Virus record (IMG/VR): IMGVR_UViG_3300027826_000008
Origin: an uncultured virus (IMG/VR IMGVR_UViG_3300027826_000008)
Lineage: Duplodnaviria; Heunggongvirae; Uroviricota; Caudoviricetes
Length of the DNA stretch: 64,000 bases
Direction: 5' to 3' (one strand)
Part shown: in pieces, positions 26,101 to 35,100 of the stretch
Layout: every line of letters begins with the position of its first letter
Numbering within the stretch: the stretch's first letter is position 1
Notes under the pieces: model-generated
Databases searched by the model: none
Told to the model about the DNA's origin: nothing
The model's input: only the letters and a program-made list of their open reading frames with translations
Translations under genes and position numbers: made by a program

Positions 26101-29100
26101 TGCAGTTTGGGCTCGATGACGACCGGCACACCGTTCAGCGTGATGTGAATGTTCGACTTCGGCACCGGCTCCAACTGCAGCCACTTCATCGCGTCCTCGC
26201 GCTTCGCGAACTTCTCGCCCAAGATTTCAAGGGAGAACTTCTTGTCCTCCCCGACCGCCTTCTGGTGGGCATCGAGGAAGCGCTGCATCTCCGCCGTAGC
26301 GCCTTCGAATCGTGCGACCAAGTCCCGCTCTGAGCGCACCTTGCCCGTGTTCTCGGCAATCTCGCTCTGCGCTTCGGCGTCCAGAATTTCGTATTTGCGG
26401 ACCTGCTGTTCGAGGTCCATCTTGCGCTTGACGTCCGGATTGCCGGAGGCGATCGCCTTCAACTCCGCGAACGACAGCACGGCATCGCCCGCCTCGTCGA
26501 CAATCTCATCCCCCACGTCCTTGCCGGAAAGCACCTGCCAGATGAACTTGGCTTTGTCCTCCAGCAGTTGCGCGATGTAGGAATCGAAGGATTCCTTCGT
26601 CGCGTAGCGCAGGATCTCGATCTCTTTGTTCTGGTTCCCCTGGCGAATAATGCGCCCTTCGCGCTGTTCCATCTCAGCAGGCTTCCACGGGTAGTCGACG
26701 TGGTGCTCGGCCACGAGCAGGTTCTGCACGTTCATGCCGGTGCCCATCTTCTGTGTCGAGCCAATCAGCACGCGGATCTTGCCCGCCTTCACCTCATCGA
26801 ACATGGCAAGCTTCTCGTCGTCCTTGTCGTAGTCGTGGACGATCGCAATCTCTTTCTTCGGAATGCCTGCCTCAGCGAGACCGTTCACCAACTCTTTGTA
26901 AATGCTGAAGCGTTCCTTGCCGTCCGCGTCGACGTAGCGGTAGCGATCGCAGAAGATCAGCTGCGTGCCCTTGGTGGCCTTCGAGTCCTTGTACCGCTGA
27001 ACCGTCTGCTTGATCACCTCCGGAATCTTCGAGTACTTACCGGATAGCTCGGGATTCAACAGGCGCATATCGACGGCGGCCATGCGGCCCTCGTTGACGA
27101 TATTCAGCATGTTGTCCTCTTCCGGCTTCGGTCGAGGCAGGGACTCTGTCACCAGGCGCTTGCGCTTGCGGCCTTTGTCGTCGGTGTACTCTTCCTCCAA
27201 CTGCTTTCCGTCCGGGCCGTAGACCGGCGCCGCCTCTCCGCGCAGGGCAGCCGCGCGGCGTACGAGCGCATTGGTGATCGGCTTCAGTTCCGGGTTCTCG
27301 ATCTCGACGACGGTGTGCTTGCCCGCCTTCAGCTTCGGCAGGATGGCCTGCACCTCCGGCATATCCTCGTTGCGCTTGACGTCCGCGAAGCTGCGGAACA
27401 ACTGTTGCAACTCCGGCACGTTCACAAACTTCGCAAACTTGGCGCGCGGCCTGTAGGTGCGGGAGTCGGCGCTCAGTTCATTGGCGGTGATGATCGAACC
27501 AAAGTTGGCGGCCCAGTCGTCGAAGTAACGAATGCCGGCGTTCTCCAGCACATCCGGCGCGATGTACTTCGTCATGGTGTACATCTCGGCCATGGTGTTC
27601 GAGATAGGCGTTCCGGTCAGGAACACGACGCCGCGGTTGCTGTTGCGATCCTGCAGGTAGTCGGTCTTCATCTTCAGCCGCGTCGACTTCTTCGCGTCGG
27701 TCTGCTGGAGTCCGGCAACCTGCCCCATCTTCGTGTAATAGAGCAGGTTCTTGTAATCGTGCGCTTCGTCGACGATGAGCATATCGACGCCCAGGTCGTC
27801 GAAGTTGACTGTCTTGTCCGACTTGAGATCCGCGAGCTTGGCGATTTTCGCTTTCAGGTTCTGCATCGCCTTCTGCAGCTGCTTCACCGTGCGCTTGCGC
27901 GCCTTGTCCTCGACCGAGTGCTGACGGCGCTCCGAGCGGCTCATCCAGCGATCGCCTTCTTTCCCTTTGCCCTCCAGGCCTTCGAGGGTCTCGCGCAGTT
28001 CATCCATCTGACGCTGGAAATAGGCTTGCTGGTACTTTGCGGAGATGTCCATCAGGTTGAAGTGGCTGAAGGGCACCACGACCGCATCCCAGTCGTTCGT
28101 CATGATCCGCGCCATCTGCGCCTTGCGTTGGTCGGGCTTGAAGTCTTCCTTCCCGATGATCAGCACGTTCGACGCGGGATACAGCTTCGACCATGAGCGG
28201 CCCCACTGGCCGAGCGTGTGATTCGGCACCACATACATCGGCTTGCGCGCCAGCCCCAGCCGCTTCGATTCGGCGCCGATCGCGACGCCCATGTAGGTCT
28301 TGCCGCCGCCGACAGCGGTAGCGATCAGCCCGCGTCCGTTCTGGACCGCGCGCCAGATCCCATTCTTCTGGTGCGCCATGAAGTCGCCGCCCCGCAGCAC
28401 GTTCATGTTGGCGCCCGGGAACGTCAGGTGCGAGCCGTCTGACTTCGGCGGCACCAGACCGTTGAGCTTGTCATTGAATTGCCGGACCAACTGCGGCGCC
28501 CATTCCTTATGCCCACGGAAATAGGATTGGAACTCCTCGGTGATCCGCTCCTGCTTCTCGCGCGCCGCAATCGTTTTCTGCTGGTTCACCACGCGGCGCT
28601 CGCGCCGGTTCCCTTCCTCGTCCACGTACTCGTGGATGTCGTAGACCGTGGGACGGCGGAGGTTCAGCGCCATGCGCAGCAATTCGAGGCCGTTGAAGTC
28701 CTTCGTCGCGTACTTGTCGATGATCTCGGCGCTCGACTGGGCTCCGTCGACACTCCACACGCCATGCTCATTGGTGGTCTTAACGGCCTGCCCGGCGCGG
28801 AAGACGTCCTTCAGGAAATCATCGATCGCTTCGGTCGGAATCCACGTGGCGCCTGGCCGGATGCGAATGCGATCGATCGGCTTATCCGGAGGGATGACCT
28901 TTTCGAGCGCCTTGACGTTAACCTCATATTCCTTCTGGCCTTGCTCAACCGCGGCTTGCGCGTCTTTCAACTTTTCACGCACATAGCCGGAGAGATATTC
29001 CTCTCCCATGTAGTACTTGTTGGTCGTGGGGTCTTTGAACACCAGCCCGGCTTTCGACAACTCCGCCAACAGTTCCGGCTCGGTCTTGTCCGAGAGCGTA

Positions 29101-32100
29101 GCCATGAACTTCAGATCAGGAGTGCCGCGCTCATTCAACACCTGATAGACGGCTTCCTTCGGATCGGCCGAGAGGCTGGAGAGCTTGGCTTGGGGATAGA
29201 TTGTGCGGGTTGTGAAGATGTCCGCGATCTTCACGGCTTTGGTGCGCTTGTTATAGGTCTCCAGCGCCAACAGCCGGTGATAGTGCGGATCGTCACCGAA
29301 GACCTTTTTGGTTTCGGCGTCATTCAGCGAGCCGAGCTTGCGGTAGTCCTCATAGGCCGCCAGGAGCTTCTTCTGTTGGTCCTTTACCAGCGCGTTGCCC
29401 AGATCGTCGACCGGCGCCGTGGCCATGGTGCGCCGCGTTTCGTTCAGCATGTCGCGCAGCTTCACCAGCTTCTTCATGCGCTCCAGCTGCTTGCCTTCGA
29501 GCTTCACAGGCGTGTTTACGCCGTTGCGCACCTGAATGACCTTGCCGCCCTTCACGTCGTAGTTCCCTTCGACGAGCCCCGGCGAGAAGCTCAGCCCGGG
29601 ATCCGAAGTGGCAGGCGAAAGCGGCGTGGACTCTTCCGGGCCGAATACGTTGCGCGGCACGCGGCTCAGCGCTTCCTTCAGCTGATCAGGCAGATTCTCC
29701 CCGGGCTTCGGCGCCAGCACCAGATCATTCGAGCCGTACATGCGCCGCGAGATCCGCAACTCACCCAGCAGGTTCTCCGGATGCTTGTCGTAGTACTCGT
29801 TCAGGTAGTCCTTCGCCATGACCTTGTCCTGCTCGTGCATGGCTTCGACCGGAACGACCTTGGTAAATGCTTCACCGCCCGGAGGCTCGGCGGGTGAACG
29901 CTTCTGGAAAACGAGCAGGTCGGTCGTGACGTGAGTGCCCGCACTCTTCTCAAACGTGCCAGCTGGGAATCGCACGGCGAAGATGAGGTCCGCCTTGCTG
30001 GCCATCACCTCGCGAATGCGCTCGCTGGGCTTGTCGAGGGTTCCGGTCGAGGTGATCAGCGCGGCGACGCCGCCAGGGCGGAGCTTGTCGAGCGTCTTGA
30101 CGATGAAGTAATCGTGAATGCGCGCCTTCAGCTTCGGATAGTGCGGGTCGTAAATCTCCTCGCCAAACGGCACGTTGCCGACAGAAAGATCGATCGAGTT
30201 ATCCGGCAGCACCAACTGTACGAAGTCTTTGTTGAACAACGTGGCAGAGGGATAGAGCAGCTTCGCGACTCCGTAGGTAATCGGATCGAGTTCGTTGCCG
30301 ATCATCTGGGACGAGCCGCGCAACCCCTTGGGCATGGTGCCGAGGAAGATGCCAGCGCCCATCGAGGATTCGAGAACGGTGCCGCCCTTGAACCCCAGGC
30401 GCTTCGCAACATCCCAGGAGAATCGCGCGATTTGCGGAGAGGTGTAGTGCGCGTTGAGGACCGTGGCTTCCGCAGCCGCCATCTGCTCGGGAGTCAGCAG
30501 TTCGCGCAGTTTCTGATTGGCCGCGCGGAACTTATCCCACTCCGCTTGCGGCGCCTTCCAGTAGTTGAACGCCCACTGCAGCGCGCCCCAGCCAACGAAA
30601 TGCGCGAGCGCATCGCGGTCTTCATCGGTGAGCTTCGACTCCCCGGACTCGACGCGCTTCAGGATGTCGAGCGCTTTCAGATTCCAGTTGAGTCGTGTGG
30701 TGGTACCGGCGTTAAGGGAAAACTCTTCGGGGTGGGAAAACCAATCGGTGTTGCGGCGGGTTAGCTTTGGAGCTTCTCGAACTCCGCGTCCTCCGGCGTT
30801 TTCTCCGCCTCGGGATACATCTCCTGCTCCACTTCGTCCGGATCGATCTCCTGGCCGCTCGCCTCCGCGTGCAGGAGTTGCTCCACCGCCAGGCTGGCCC
30901 TCTGATCCAGAAACTGCTGGTACGTTCCCTTCTTCTCGAACGCCTTCACCAGCTTTGGGTTCCAGTCCTGCAGATGGCTGTCCAGCCGGTCGCGGAACTC
31001 CTGAAACCTCGGGTCGCTCTGTGGGTTGACCGGCATTTAGGTTGTTTTCTCCGGCACCTTCAGGTTTTGCAGGTCCGCTCTTGGAGGTCTCGGCGGATCC
31101 TTGTGGCCTTCCTTCTTCAGCCGTTCGAGGGTTTCCAGAGACTTCGGCCCGGCTTCCTTCAGCATCTTCAGCAAGTTGTCGTCCACTTCCAGGTCGCCCA
31201 TTGGTTTGCCCTCCCTTCTCCAGATGGCGCCCGAACTCATCTTCATTATACACCTTCCCGTTCTTGTGGATCAGTTCGGGGGGCTGCTTCTCTCCGTTCA
31301 CCGTCTCGTGATGGTTCACGTGCAGCGTGTGCTCCGGCACGTTCGGCACGATTTCGGCGTGGTAAACCTTCGCTGCACCAATGTGGCCCTCGTGCATGGT
31401 CGAGGGATTGATGAACCGGCCATTGCGCTCATAGCGCGCGATCATGGCGTTGACCGCCTTGTCGATGCGCGCATCGATGAAGTGCGCCTCGACTTTGTAG
31501 CCTTTTTCAGTGAACTCCTTGATCAGCCTGCGAATCTTCTCAGGCTTGCCAGCGACACCGTCGAGGATCAGATCGTTGCGCTGTTCCAACGCCCGCGCTG
31601 TGATCATCTTGCCGATCGCGGAACTCTCCTCGTGCACGCGCCCCGCAGCGCGCAAAGGATCAGACTTTAGGAGCGTCTCCCACTCAGGCAGCGCGAACTT
31701 CTCCTCGTCGACATCATTGATGACGGCATTAGGGAAGTCGTGTTTCATCGCGTCGGTGATCGTGCCTTTACCGCTGGCCGCGCCGCCGCCGAGGATTACG
31801 AGCGTTGGATTTGTTTGTTCTGGCTTGCCCTTCGTCGCGAGATCCACGCGCTGTTTATGCAGCGCTTCGCGCTCCGGCGTCCACTTCCCGTCGACCTGAT
31901 AAACGTGCGCAGTATCCTTGCCCCGCAGCTTCGCTGGTTCCAGTTCCGGCAGGTGCGCCGCGTTCGCGAGACTATGGAATTCCTCGTGCACAGCGGGAAG
32001 ATTCGTCGCATTCTTGCGGACGAGTTCCTTCGCCTTGTCGACGGCAGCCTTTTGCTGCGCGAGTCGTTCCGGCGTCGCTTCCAGCTTCGCCTGCGCTTCC

Positions 32101-35100
32101 TCTTTCTGTTTCGCGAGTTCGTTCTCCGCCTTGACCTTCGACTTGAAGCGCTGGAGGATCTTCCCTCCTGGCGCGATGATTCCGAATCCGCCCGGGACAC
32201 TCTTCACGGTGAGCGTATCCGCTGCGGGCGCCTCCTCTGCCTTCTTGCCTTCGAGCTTCACCATCTCTGCATTGCCATTGCGATCGGTGATACCGATCTC
32301 GTCGATGGTGAAACTTTTCCCCTCAGTGAGCTTCATGCCGACGTAACGATCCGCCTTCTTTGGATCGACGTACGCAATGGTGGCGTGGGGTTTGTACTCT
32401 TTGAAGGAGGGTTCGGTGAAGTCGCCATGCTTCTCCAGCTGCGCGTTCAGCTTGTGGAGTTCGGGCGCTTCGATCGGCGCGATGATCACGGCGGCGCCGT
32501 CCGACTGCTCTGAAGGTGGGAACTTTGCAGTCTTGCCGAGCTTGGCCTCGAAGGGCGCCTGCTGCGCGAGGAACTTGCGAATCCCCGCAGTGTCGTCACC
32601 CTGAATGCCGTAACGCACGGTGACGTGGTTCTCTCCGATGTCCTTGCCCTTTCCGGCAAGATCGGCGTCGGCAATTCGTTCACGTGCGGCATCGAGCGCA
32701 CGCCCCGCCGCCGAATCTTCAGGGACGTTTGCCTGCGTGTTGCCAAACTTGAACTTGGTTTGCTTCTCTTCCTTCGCGGCAGGCGCGCCGCCCTCGGGCT
32801 TGGCGGGCGTGGGGCCTTTGATTCCCTTCACTAACTTCGCCACACTCTTCGCGACCTTGCCCTTCGGCATGGTGCTGCCGCCGTAGCTGCCGCTGTACTC
32901 GCCGGGCTCTTTGTAGCTGGAAATCTGGTACTTCCCGCCGTAGGAAGCGAGATGCACCTCGGCGCCGTCCGGCGTCTTGATGTTGAAGCTGTCAGCGCTA
33001 AAGTGTCCCCACCTCAACTTGTCGGGATTCTCATCGATCCACTGCTGCAGCTTCTGGTTCACCTCCGGCGCCAGCGGCGCCCACTCGTGGTGATCGGACA
33101 GTTTCGGCGGACCTGGGGGAACGAACTCGCGATGACGGGTGTAACCGCTGGAGAGGTACGTATCCGGATGCTCACGGAACAGCGCGAGCATTTCTTTCGC
33201 TTCGGTCTTGTCCTTGCCCCTCCACGCAACCTGATCGGCGGAGTTGCGGATCTCCCAATGACCGGCGTGGCCGGGCTCGACACGATAGGTGTCGGTAAAT
33301 TGCTCCTCGCCAGCCTTCGGATTGTTCAGGCGCTCGACGTAGGGGATGTCCTTGCCGCTGTCGCGCGTGGCCGTGAGTTTGACCGGCCCCATCGGATTGA
33401 CGACGCGGCTCTGGCCCTCGCCTGCGGCTTTCGATAGCTCGTGGAGCTTGGCGTCGATCTTCTCCACGTCCGCCATTTCCTTTTCGGGAATGCCGAAGAC
33501 GCGCGGCTCCAGATCGTAAGCCGCTTCCCTGCCCTCATCGCGCAACGTGTCGTAGAAGGTCTGGGCGTACTCCTGATGGTGCTCCGGCAGCGAATTGATG
33601 TACTGGCGAACCCCAACGTCCTCGGGCGGGTGAGTCAGCGCGAACGGCTCCCCCTGATTCGAGACCTCGGCCTTGGCTTCGGATCCCGCAGCCACTTCTT
33701 TAGTTGCCGCCTCGCCTCCACTGCCATGTCTAGCAGTTTCTGCTGCAGCAGTTGTACCTTTCGCGGGCTCGGGACTTGGTCGAGTTCCACTGACATTCTC
33801 AGGCGCATTTGCTTCCTCCTTCGCCGCCTCCAGATACCGCAACGGAACGCTCTGCACCCTGCCGTCCGCGAAACGGACCCGGGCAAAGTTCAGGTTCGGG
33901 TCGGAGTGCTCGACGAAGGCTTTCGTTCCAGCCTTGATGATCTCCGACTTGCCTTCGCCCTTTGAAACCTGCATGTTGCGGGCAAAGCTTACTGGCGCTC
34001 CCTTTTCGAAGGGCGCTTTCGCCTCGGTAGCCGCTGGAGCGACTTTCTCGGGTTCCTTGGGGCTTTCTGTGGGTGCCGCCGTTTTCTCCTGCGTAGCGGG
34101 CTCGGATTCGCCGGGTTGGGCATTCTCGCTGGCCTCTACGGTAGAAGGTGGCTCCTGGGTGACCTCAAACTGCGGCGTCGGCTGTGCCGGTGTGCTTACC
34201 TTGGCAGCCTTGGCTGCCAGTTCCTCAGCCTGAGCTTTACGGTTGCGGGTCTTGGCTTGTGGCTGTGCCTCGGGCGTAATCGGCTGAAAGCGCTGGGGCA
34301 ACTCGCCCTTCGCGAGTCCGCCTTCTGATGCCGCCTTGTCGATCCGGGTGACTTCGTCGTTGATCATTCGCTGTGCGAGCGCTTCTGCCTGCTCGGGCTT
34401 GCGGACAATCTCCAGCTTCCCATCCACCACGAGCTTGCCCTGCTGAAGCAAGGCTTTCGAGAGTTCCTCGTGGGCCTTCAGCATCGCCTCAGCGCGTTGT
34501 TCCTTCGGCAGTTGCGCGATCTTCGCGCTCTCGGCTTGGATCTGCTCCGGCGTGATCTCCGGCATGGGCGGAGGAGCGGGAGGTGGCGGAGTCGCCGGCA
34601 GACCGTTCGCCAGATTACCGGCCGCGCGCTGCATGTTGTCGTACTGCAGCACGGTCAACGCCGCCGTATCCGGAGGTGGCGGAGGCGGCGTCTCGCCTTC
34701 AATCGTCGGCGGTTCCAGCCCGGCGCCCGCTGGGGCGGCACCGCGCGAGAACGTCTTACTGCCTTCAAAGGGACCTACTTTCCCGCGTACCGTCACGCCT
34801 TCCGGCGTCACGGCAACGCCAGCGCCAGCCTTGCCACCTGCGACCGTGGCCGCTGCGCGCGTCCCTTCCGGCGAAGACTCGATACCCACGCGCGGATCGA
34901 TGACCGAACGCGCGACGCCAGGCGCCCAGAACGAAAGGGATTCGAGGAGTTCTTTCTGCTCCGGCGTGGCTCCCGCTTTATTGGCGACGTAACCGGCCAC
35001 ATGGCTGGCAGCTTCGCCTTCCGCAAGGCCGCGTGCGATCGCGGCGGGATTCTCGAGCGCTGCCGGTCCCATGAACGGAGTCATGGCTTCCGTACCGGCT

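Noticed and set aside
34135..34146. Additional CTACGGTAG operator copy
   Set aside because: It lies inside the giant ORF with no promoter context and is probably a chance match
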